From: Candidatus Vogelbacteria bacterium | Lineage (GTDB): Bacteria; Patescibacteriota; Minisyncoccia; Phycocordibacterales; XYD1-FULL-46-19 | DNA: 64,000 bases | Reading direction: 5' to 3' | NCBI GenBank assembly: GCA_903864935.1 | Contig: CAIPHT010000017.1 | Location: forward strand, 16,096 to 80,095 | In this document: piece by piece, positions 1 to 12,000 of the stretch | Layout: each line of letters opens with the position of its first letter | Numbering within the stretch: the stretch's first letter is position 1 | Translations under genes and position numbers: made by a program | Notes under the pieces: generated by a model | Told to the model about the DNA's origin: nothing | What the model saw: the letters and a program-made list of their open reading frames with translations, nothing else | Databases searched by the model: none

Positions 1-3000
1 TTAATACGGTTAGTTTGATTTTGAACGGGACAAATACTCTGACATATAATCATTTGCCAACTTTTTATCAAAATGGTTTTAAGAATCTCACTGTCGGTCA
101 AAGTGGGGGAACAACAACATTGGTAACAACAAACTCAGCTTATGGTTTAGCTGTTCGGTCTGTGTTGGCAATTGGTTCGGGCTCTTTGACAGGTTCAGGA
201 GTTGCTAATACGCTAAGTAATGGTGATTTATGGTTGGTAGGTTCTAACCCTCTCAGTTTTGATGCTAATTCGAGAATTTCTGTACCAAATTTGAGATTTT
301 GGAATACCGCAACAATCCCGTCTCTTACTAATGGTTATGATTGTAATATCGTAGTTGATTATAATTCTGGAGTTACTCAAACGGGCAATGTTGTTTTGAA
401 TGGTACGAAATCCTTGTTTGTTAGTGGAGAAAACGCTCCGGCCAGAACTCCTTCTTGGAATACTGCTGGTTATAATCTCTCAGTGGGAGGAAACATACAA
501 ATCGGTGCTAATGGTGGAGGAGATACTGGTCTTAAAACCCTCAACGCCACCGGTGCCGGTGGTCGCAACTCCACAATTACTGTGGGCGGGGACTGGCTCA
601 ATTATGGCACGGGGTCAGCTTCCTCGACCTTCGTTGCTGATAATTCTACGGTCATCTTCAACAAGACGTCCGGCACACAGAATCTAACCAGTGGTGGGAG
701 CTCCTTCTACAACCTCACCCACTCCGGCGCCGGTACCTTGAAGCTCTTGGCCAATGCCTTAACCGTCACTCACGATCTCACCAACTCTGGTGGTACCCTA
801 GACTCCAACGGTCAGACCATTAATGTCGCCGGCACTTGGAGCAACACCGCCAGCTTCTTGCATGGTTCAAGCACCGTCAACTTCACTGGTACCGATCAAG
901 GTATCTTCGGTACCTCCACCTTCTACAATCTCACCAAGACAGTCACTACCGCCGCCACCCTCACCTTCGAAGCGGCCAAGACCCAAGTCATTGCTGGTGT
1001 CCTCACCCTGCAAGGCGCTCTTAATCAACTTCTTTCTCTCGTTTCCTCGGTCGCTGGCACTGCCTTCAGTCTTAATCCTCTCAACATCAGTACCCTCAAC
1101 TTCCTCAGTGTCCAAGACTTCACCAATGCTTCATCAACCCCACTCATCCTCACCAACTCTCGTAACATTAGTGGTACCACCAACCTTGTCTTCGGACCGA
1201 CTACCGTCACGTGGACAGGAACCACCAACACCAATTGGAGTGTCGGTACTAACTGGGATGTGGGCTATGTACCAAACGCCACCGACAATGTCATCATCGC
1301 CAATACTGCCAACCAGCCGGTGCTCTCCACCTCTACCTCAGCCAACACCATCACCGTTAACTCTGGTGCAACACTTGCTGTCGGTACTTACAACTTAGCC
1401 ATCACGGGCACCTCGACTATTAATGGTACCTTAACCATTGGCAATTCAGCTGGCACTGGTTGGACGACGACCAACTTAATTATCGGTGCTAACGGTACCG
1501 CCTCGTCCACTGCCAATGGTACTATCTATTACAATCAGGTGACGGTGACGGGGACCTTGAGTCCGGATGCGACGGGGGTTTATACTGTAGTAGGGATGTA
1601 TAATGGTTATCCGTATTATCGACGAGGAACTGATAATTACTATGTTTATTATAATATGACGGGGTCGGGATTCGATTATTATCGTATCGGAACCGCGTTG
1701 GGCTCTACATATCCAGTTTGGAATTTTGTTGTTACTCAAGGTCTATTTAATCTTCCTAGCTCATCATACTTTAATAGTGGAACGACTGGCACCGCCACCG
1801 TCGCCAACGTCACCGCCTCCGGCGAATACACCAGATTAAACAATTCCAAAATAACTATTTCTGGTAATTATGATCAGTCGGCCACCTCATCTAAATTCCT
1901 CGCCGCCTCGTCGCTAATTACGGTTAATGGCAATGGCACTTTCACTGCGGATGGGACAGTAGCACCAACGCAGTATAATGGCGCTAGTTTAGTATTAAAT
2001 GGGGCGAATACTTTGACTTATAATTCCTTAGGCCCAGTTGTTCAAAATGGTTTTAATAATTTAACGGTTGCTCAAAATGGAAGCACTACTACTTTAGCTG
2101 GCAACTGGGCATATGGGGTTAAGAATCTTTTAACTGTTGGCTCGGGAACTTTGACTGGTAAAGTACTTTATTTGTCGAGCAATAATCCTTTGAGTGTGGA
2201 TGCCTCTGCACATATATTAACAGTCATGGCTTTTTATGGTACTGGTAATTCCATTCCTATTCCCTCGTGTGCCGGGTATGGCCAATTGTCTGTCTATAAT
2301 AGCGGAACAGTTATTCAAATGGGTAATATAATTGCAACTCAATTATTTTTAAATGCGGATGGATCAACTGGTTTATCAGCTACTTGGAAAACGGATGGTT
2401 ATAATCTAACCCTTGGAGGTAGTGTTACTATCGGCGCAAGCTCCGACTCCGGTCGCAAAACACTCGATGCCACCAGTGGTGCCACTAGTACTAGAAACTC
2501 CACCATCACCGTCGGTGGCAATTGGATTAACTATGGCAATGGAACAGCACCTTCACAGTTTATTGCCGCTAGTTCGACGGTTGTGATGACTGGCACTGGC
2601 GCGAGCGGAGCAATAACTTCTGGCTCCTCAACCTCCGCCTTCTACAATCTCACCATCAACGGCACCGGCGGGACTTACACTTTGCAAGATGCCGCCTCGG
2701 TGGCCGGCAATCTTAATGTCACGGCAGGCACTCTTGCCATTGGGGCGAATAATTTAGCGGTCACGGGCTCATCAACTATCACTAGCACCTTAACCCTTGG
2801 CACAGCCTCAAGTACCGGTTGGACAACAGGGGACTTGAATCTTGGTGCGAGCGGTACTATCACTTCCAATGCCACAACTTACTACAACCAAGTGACGGTG
2901 AGTGGGACTTCAAATCCAGATGTATCTGGAACCTACACCTTTTCCGGAACTTACAACGGAAGACCTTATTATAGAAGAGGAAGTGATAACTGGTATGTCT

Positions 3001-6000
3001 GGTATAACAACGATACTTATCTTAGATATTATATAACGTCAGCCGTTGGTAGCCGAACTGGAAATATTTGGTCAAACGGGACTCAAATGTCTAGCCCTAT
3101 TATTCCTGGAACATATGACCCTAACAATGGAGCGACCGGTAATCCAGTTATTGCCAACGTCACAGCCAGCGGGATTTATTATGGCGCGACTTCTGACGTG
3201 ACGATCTCTGGCAATTACACCCAAACCGCTGGCGGATATTTCAACGCTGGACCGTCATTGATTACCCAAAACGGCAACGGCACCTTCACCGCCGATGGCA
3301 ACAATGATGCGACCAAATCCCTGCAATTTAATAATGCTTCGCTTGTACTGAACGGAGCGAATACGTTGACTTATAATAATCTTTCAGCCACCTATGCCAA
3401 TGGATTCAACAACCTTACTTGCGGACAAAATGGTAATACGACGATAACATCAGGCACTTTCAGTATCCAGTCGTTAGTAACAATTGGGTCTGGGACATTG
3501 ACGGGCGGTCAGATTTTCTTGTACGGGGCTACTCCATTAAGTTTTGATGTAGCTTCACATCTATCTTCTAGTTATATATGGTTTACTCGATATTCAACTC
3601 AAACCATACCATTTCTTACGAATGGTTATGATAGTAATATAATTCTTAATGGTACTCCCGTTATCCAAAACAGTGATATAACAATTAACCCTAATAAGAA
3701 TTTGCAGATTCTTGGCGGGGCTAGTAGTGTGAGTACTTACAATACTAATGGCTATAATTTAACGGTTGGTGGGCTTGTTCAAATTGGCGCAGGCTCCGAC
3801 ACTGGACTCAAAAAGCTCGACGCCACTAGTGGTGCTACTAGCACGCGCAACTCGACCATCACCGTCGGAGGCAATTGGACGAATTATGGCAGTGGCTCAG
3901 CTCCGTCACAATTTGTCGCTGCGAGCTCGACCGTTATCTTCAATTCTACGGCCACGGGCAAGACAATTACTTCGGGCACAACGAACTCGCCATTCAACGC
4001 TGTACAATTCAACGGCGTGGGTGGTGCGTGGACTTTGCAGGATAATCTAACGGCCACTAGCACAACACTCACTAATGGTAACTTGATAGACAACGCCAAG
4101 ACTGTGACCGTGAATGGCAATATCTCGGTGGCTAACACGGCTGGCCTTTTGACCTCGACTGGTCCGTGGGTGCAGGGAGCGAGTGGTAATTTGAGTAATC
4201 CCAATACGGGTAATCCGTTTTATGCTTTAACGATTGCGGGCTCTGGAGTTACAACAACACTGACTGGGAATGTTAATGTTGGTAATTCGACTATCGGTGG
4301 CGCGACTACTATTGGTGGTATTACTACCGCCGGCAAACTTACAGGGAATTATAATTTAAATATAGCTGCGGCCGTTAATGATGCCCTAACGGTAAATAAT
4401 TTAACAGCAGATTCTCAAATTAGCAATCTTATTTTAGGTGTTCGAGGAGGTGATCGTACTCAAAAAGCAATTACCGTTTCGAATAATTTAGTTGCGGGTG
4501 ACATTCGGATTGCCACTAATGCAGGCTACAATTTGACGGCTACGGGTAATTGGAATTTAGGTAATAATATGGTCGGGTTTGATTCAGGTGCGACAGGATT
4601 AACACATTACACTGATATGGCCTCTTACACCTTAACCGCTGGGGTATTACAAATTGGAGAAAACCTTTCTCCTGGCTATTTAAAACTTGGCTCAAGCGCT
4701 TCTCATTCTATTTCCAGTATTACCAATGACAGTGGCTATTCCACTTGTAAACTAGAACTTGGTTCTTCTAACTTAGCCATCTCCGGCAACGTCGACCTCA
4801 CCGGTATCACTGTCACCCCTGGCTCTTCCACCTTCACCTTTAATGGCGCGGGCCTTCAGACTCTCACCACTAACAATCAATCCTTCTACAATCTCACCCA
4901 CTCCGGCGCCGGCACCTTGAAGCTCTTGGCCAATGCCTTAACCGTCACCCACGACCTCACCAACTCTGGCGGCACTCTAGACTCTAACGGCCAGACCATC
5001 AACGTCGCCGGCACTTGGAGCAACACCGCCAGCTTCCTCCACGGTTCAAGCACCGTCAACTTCACTGGTACCGACCAAGGTATCTTCGGTACCTCCACCT
5101 TCTACAATCTCACCAAGACCGTGACTTCGGCCGCCACCCTCACCTTCGAAGCCGCCAAGACTCAAATCATTGCTGGTGTCCTCACCCTGCAAGGGGCTCT
5201 TAACCAACTCTTGTCTCTTGTCTCCTCCGTCTCTGGCACCGCCTTCAGTCTTAATCCGCTCAACATCAGTACCCTCAACTTCCTCAGTGTCCAAGACTTC
5301 ACCAATGCTTCATCGACACCACTCATCCTCACCAACTCTCGTAACATTAGTGGTACCACCAACCTCATCTTCGGACCGACCACTGTCACGTGGACGGGAA
5401 CGACCAATACCAATTGGAGTGTCGGTACCAACTGGGATGTGGGCTATGTCCCTAACGCCACCGACAATGTCATCATCGCCAATACTGCCAACCAGCCGGT
5501 GCTCTCCACCTCGACTTCAGCTAACACTATCACTGTCAACTCTGGCGCGACCCTCTCTGTTGGCACTTACAACTTAGCCATCACGGGCACCTCTACTATT
5601 AATGGTACCTTAACCATTGGCAATTCAGCGGGTACTGGGTGGACGACGACCAATCTTGTTATTGGAGCCAATGGTACGGCTTCCTCCACTGCCAATGGTA
5701 CTATCTATTACAATCAGGTGACGGTGAGTGGTAATTCTTCACCTAGTGCAAATGGAACTTATACTGTTGCCGGAATTTATAATGGCACACCATATTATTC
5801 TTTAGGGAATAACTGGTATATTTGGCGCAGAGTGTCTGATAACTGGATGATTGGCCCAAGTCTTGATGTCCCGACTACTGCTGGGTGGTATCTCTCTGGT
5901 AGTTTAGTTGGTAGTTATTTCGTTTATGCAAATCCTGGATTTTCTGGGGCACCGGTTGTCGCTAATGTTACCTCTTCCGGCGAATATACCAGATTAAATA

Positions 6001-9000
6001 ATTCCAAAATCACTATCTCTGGCAACTTCGATCAATCGACAACAACTTCTAAATTCTTAGCCGCTTCGTCAATTATCACCATCAACGGCAATGGTACTTT
6101 CACTGCTGACGGCACAGTGAACAGCGCACAATATAATGGTGCGAGTTTGGTGCTTAATGGGGCGAATACTGTAACTTATAATAATGTATCAAGTAATACG
6201 TCTAATGGCTTTAATAATCTTACTGGGGGGCAGGGTGGCAATACTACAAATTTATATGGTGCCACAGCCTTTAACTTTACTGTAATTAATTCTTTAACTA
6301 TTGGTAATGGCACAATTGGTGGAGCCAATGCCTTGTTGTATTTATTGAGCGCGAATCCACTTAATGTAAGCTCTGGTTCGATAATAAATAATTATGCCTT
6401 GGTATTTTATGGTACAAACCAATATATCCCGGCTATCACCATTGGCTCGAATCTTGCTAGTGTTATTGTTGGCGGAACAAATAATACTGTCACTCAGACC
6501 GGAGACGTTGTTATCAGTAATGGGAATTTACAAATTAATGGTACTGGTTCAAACAATCGAACAGATAAGTGGAATACCAATGGCTATAATTTAAATGTTG
6601 GGAATAATTTAGAAATTGGCTATACCTCCAATAATGGCTTGCAACAACTTGATGCCACAAGTGATGCTACTAGCACTCGCAATTCTACAATTACGGTTAA
6701 GGGAAATTGGCTCAACTATGGTACAGGGGCTGTTAAGTCTAAATTCATTGCCGCCAGTTCAACGGTTGTCTTCATTGCCACCTCTACCACTCGTACAATT
6801 ACCAATGGATCAACCACTTCGCCATTTTATAATCTGACAATCAACGGATCGGGGAGTACCTTCACTCTGGCGGATAATGCTAGTGTGAATGGGGCACTAA
6901 CGGTGACGGCTGGCACTCTCGCCATTGGCACCAACGACTTGGCCGTCACTGGATCTTCAACTATCAACGGTGCTTTGACTCAGGGCACTTCGGCCAATAC
7001 CGGTTGGACAACAGGGGACTTGAATCTTGGTGCCAGCGGAACAATCACCTCCAACGCCACGACTTATTATAATCAAGTGACGGTGAGTGGGACTTTGAGC
7101 CCGGATGCGAGTGGAACTTATTCAATTCAGGCTGGAACTGTTAATGGATTTCCGTATTATAAGAGGTCAGACTCTGCTTACTATGTATGGAATACTTCGG
7201 GTAGGTGGGTTATCTCTTCAGTCGTTGGCAATTGGCTCACCGTGTCGAGTTGGATATATAGCCAACCCCTTTTAGCTCCGAATGGCACATATACTCCGTC
7301 TGGATCTCCAACTCCAACCGGTAACGCCACCGTCGCTAATGTCACGGCTAGCGGAATATATTACGGCGCAACTTCCAAAGTGACACTTAGTGGTAATTAC
7401 ACTCAAACCGCTGGCGGATATTTCAACGCTGGGCCATCTTTAATCACTGTGAATGGTAATGGAAATTTCACAGCGGATGGTAATAATGATGCCACCAAAT
7501 CCCAACAATTTAATAACACGAGTTTGGTTTTGAATGGAATTAACACTCTGACATATAATCATATATATGTTGGTTCATTAAACGGATTCAACAATCTAAC
7601 TGTGGGCCAAAGCACCAATACCACAACATTTGTTTCTGATTCTAATTTTAGCATTCGAGAGACACTTACTGTTGGCACGGGTACATTTTATAGTACGACC
7701 AATGGTAATTTTTATATGTATGGCAACACGCCATTAATTGTTGACGCCGCGTCGCATATTTCTCTCCCCGGGGGCCATTATCTATATTTTTATGGCGCAA
7801 GCTCAACTATCCCTGCCCTTGCAAATAATGGTTATGATTGTAGCCTTGCTGTTAGGGGAACAAATGCGACAATTACACAAACAGGGAATATCGTTATCAA
7901 TGGGTCTAATACATTAACGGTTGGTTTATCGGCGATTAGTTCTGTCGATACTTGGAAAACGGATGGCTACAATCTAACTGCCGGTGGAGGTCTCTACATT
8001 GGTACCGGATCAGACACGGGCCGCAAGACACTAGATGCCACTAGTGGCTCGACTAGTACTCGAAATTCTATCATCACTACTGGAGGCAACTGGCTCAACT
8101 ATGGTAACAGTGCCGACTCTGCTAATTCTTCTCGATTTATCGCCGCTAGCTCCACTGTCATCTTTAATTCCACCGCCACTGGTAAAGCTATTACTTCGGG
8201 GGCGAATGCTTCAAGCTATCCATTTAATGCCGTGCAATTCAACGGCGTCGGCGGAGCTTGGACTTTGCAAGACAACCTGACGGCAACTAGCACAACACTC
8301 ACTAATGGTAACTTAATTGATAACGGCAAGACGGTAACAGTGAATGGCAATATCTCGGTGGCCAACACGGCGAACCTCCTCACCTCGACTGGCTCTTGGA
8401 TACAGGGCGTGAGTGGCAGTATCAGTAACCCTCTTTCTGGTAATGCCTTCTACTCTCTAACTATTGCGGGGAGTGGGGTAACGACGACTCTCTCGGCCGA
8501 TGTTCGTGTTGGTTATAACGGTGGCGGATACGTGACCATAGGGCCGGGGACCTTAAACGGCGCTTATACTCTTAACATCTACCCGAGAGCCAACGACGTC
8601 ATAACGGTTAATAATCTTAATGCTTCTTCGCAAATTGCCGGCATGTTTATCAGAGCTCTAAACTCCGGCTTAACGCAAAAGGCGATGACTCTCCCGAATA
8701 ATTTTGTCACGGGGACTATCCGCTTTAGAAATGACAGCAACAATCTCACGGCCTCTGGTGATTGGAATTTGGGCAATAACTCTGTTACCGTCGATTCTCT
8801 CGTCGGCACACCAATTCTCTATACTGATATGGGCTCTAATAGTCTCACGGCCGGAGCAATTACTTTGGGTGGAAGTGGGGGTTGGAATGGTTATCTAAAA
8901 TTAGGCTCAAGTCTTACTAACTCCATCGCCAGCATCTCGGCTTATGACAGCTCTAGCAATGGCAATAAACTTAATTTGGGCACCGGCTCCACGGCGGTCT

Positions 9001-12000
9001 CGGGCAACATTAACTTCACGGGTGTCACTGTCACTCCAAATTCTTCCACAATCAACTTAACAGGCACCAGCACGCAGACTGTCATCTCAAGTGGGCAGTC
9101 ATTCTATAACCTCACTCACTCTGGCTCGGGCACTATGCTCTTGGCAGATAGCTTGGTGGCCACGGGCGCCTTCAATCACAATGCCGGTGCTTTGAATCCC
9201 GCGGGCTGGAATATTAATACCACCGGCAACTTCATTATCGCTGACGGCGCACAAGTCACCGCTTCGGGTTTGAATTCTTCTGTTTATTATAATCAAGTGC
9301 AAGTGACGGGGACTTTAACGCCAGACGCGACCGGGGTTTATACTTATGCGGGGATGTATAATAACGCTCCTTATTATCGAAGAGGAAGTGATAGTTATTA
9401 TATTTCATTCTCAACTAATGGCAGGTGGTATATCGGTGATACTTTAATCCCACAAGGGACGGGAATTTTTTGGCCAAGCAATACTGGAATTCAGTATTTG
9501 AATTCAACTTACGGAAATCATACGGGGACAACTTCTGGCGCTCCCGTCGTCGCCAATGTCACTGCTGCCGGCTTCATCGGCTCCACCTTCACAATTGGTG
9601 GCGATTTCAATGTCACTGGTCACTCGGGGGCTTTGCTTGCCCTTAACCCAAGCAATACTTGGTATCTTAATGTGGCCGGCGTAGCTACAGCCAATTATGT
9701 TAATGCTGCTTATTCTAACGCCAGCGGTGGGCACTCGGTCACTCAAGTCAATTCGACAGACTCTGGCCACAACAGCAATTGGGTCTTCGATGCGACGGCT
9801 CCTAGCACCACCGCTTCGGCGACGAGTGGTGGGAGTTCTTATAGCTTTGGCACTTGGACGGGGAGTGATGTAACTGTCGCCTTGAGTTGTGCTGATAATG
9901 TTGGTGGCACTGGTTGCGCGGCGGGCTATCCTAAATATTGTGTTGATACTGATAATTCTTGTACGCCAAGCACGGCTTATGTCGCGCCTCTCACTATCTC
10001 TTCGGCTGGCGAGACTTACATTCGTTATTATTCGGTTGATGTGGCTGGCAATATTGAGAGTATTCAGAGTCGGATTATTCAGATTGATAAATCTAATTCT
10101 ATTATTTCTAATCTTGCGCCGGCCACTGGTGCCACTATCACTAAGTCTGGACAGACCGTGACCTTTACCACTGACAAATCAAGTACTTGCCGTTTTGCGA
10201 CTTCGCCTAAGTCATATGACAATATGTCGGGTGATTATTCTTGTAGCGTGGCTAACAGTATTCAGATGAGCTGCGCGCTACCAAACTTTAATAATTATGG
10301 TACTCAAGACTTATACTTTGCTTGCGCCGATGCTCTTGGTAATGAAGATAGCGCCGAGACGGCAACGCACGTTATTTATAATATTCCAACTCCACCTCAC
10401 TCCGGTGGTGGCGGTTATGTCCAAATTATTTTCCCGACTATCCCAACCCTTGCGACACCGCCGGCCGGACCTTTCAAAGTTAAGATTAATGATGGTGCGC
10501 TAGTAACGAGAGAGAAGAAGGTGACCCTTAATCTCACCACGAGCCCCGACACCACGGCGGTCATCATCTCCACCAGTCCGGATTTTTCGAACGCTGTCAC
10601 TTTGCCGATTATCCCTTCATTGTCCGGCCAGACGAGTCTTGAGTATGATCTCTGTCAGGGGAGCCAGTCTTGCCTCAATAAGTCTTATACTATCTATACC
10701 AAATTCCTCTCGGCTTCGGGTGCGGATTCTCCAGCCTTCTCGGCTCAAACTTATCTTAATATCACATCACTAGCCGATCAGGTCGGGGGCTTCACCAATC
10801 AATTGAGCGAAGGCTTCTCGAATCTTGTTGGCTTCTTCGCGCCTAAGCCAGCGAATGTGTTCTCTCTACCACCGATTGGTGTAGCGGTCTCCTCGAGCAC
10901 CCCGCTCGCCTTCCAAGGTAAGTGGAATTTGGTCCCAACTCCAATGTCGAATTTTGTCTTTGCTTCGTTGCCATCCGACTTCCTCGCGGTCGCCAAGAAA
11001 TTCCCCCAAGTCGTTGGAGCGTTGAGCAAGGTAGGTATTACCCGCATGAATGGTGTGGAGCAACTCCAAGTCGCCAAGATCTCTTTGCCAGGGCTGGCCG
11101 AGTCGGCTGGTTTGCCGGTGGCGCAGAATGTGGCTGTAGCCGACTTCTCGCGGGCTGAGCTTAAGAAGGTGCCATCCAATATTATTTTTGCCAGAGCGGG
11201 GGAGAACAATTTGGATCTCAATGTTAAGTTGTCGATCAATAATCAAGGCACAGCGATTCAGACCGTGAACACGATTCAGGGACATCCTTTGACACTGGCG
11301 ATTAAACCCGACCACCCCGCCGAACGAGTGAAGGGTTACTTGATTTTCAAGACGAGCAAGGTCGCCGACCGAGGAAAGGCCTCGAGCTCCCTTGAGGCCT
11401 CTCCTCGAACAGCCCGAGCCTCTTCTCTGTTAGCTTCGATTGCCAACGCGATGCCCGACTTCGCCGTAGGCTTCGTCGAGGCGATGGATATCAAAGCTTC
11501 AAGTGTGCCGGTCTCACCAGAGACGACACCAGACCTTGTCCTCTCCTCCTTCGATTACAAGGACTCGGGTAATGGTATCTGGACAGCTGACGTCGCTTCA
11601 CCACTTGTCCTTGGTCAATACGAGCTTCGCACCGAAGTGGATTATGTTAATAAGAAGGATAAGCCCGAGACTGTCAGTATGGTGGTGGTTGTCGACCCAG
11701 AGGGTTATGTCTATCGCAAGTTGGCCGACGGGAGCGAGGCACGTATCACCGGCGCTAAGGTCTCTATTTTCTGGCTCCCTCCTTCGCCAAAGGCTTCGGC
11801 GAGGCAAGGCAATCCTTCATATGAACTCTGGCCGGCCACGAAGTTCCGCCAAGATAACCCTCAGACCACTGATGTCACCGGTCGCTACGCCTTCTTAGTG
11901 CCACCAGGAGAGTATTATCTCACAGCGACCGTTTCGGGTTATGGTGACTACAAGAGTGAGATATTCAAGGTCGAAGAAAATAAAGGGGTCTTCATGAATA

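Noticed and set aside
836-5577. Paired out-of-frame and antisense ORFs inside the first giant gene (836..1024 with 5015..5203, 867..1115 with 5046..5294, 823..1398 with 5170..5577) that look conserved with each other
   Set aside because: They are conserved only because they lie inside the ~850-bp internal duplication of the giant gene. Their translations are low-complexity and lack starts and RBSs, so they are artefacts of the repeat.
10799-11315. Minus-strand ORFs of 146-149 aa inside the 3' part of the first giant gene
   Set aside because: They are fully embedded antisense to a continuous, clearly protein-like frame. No signals, and composition typical of antisense artefacts.
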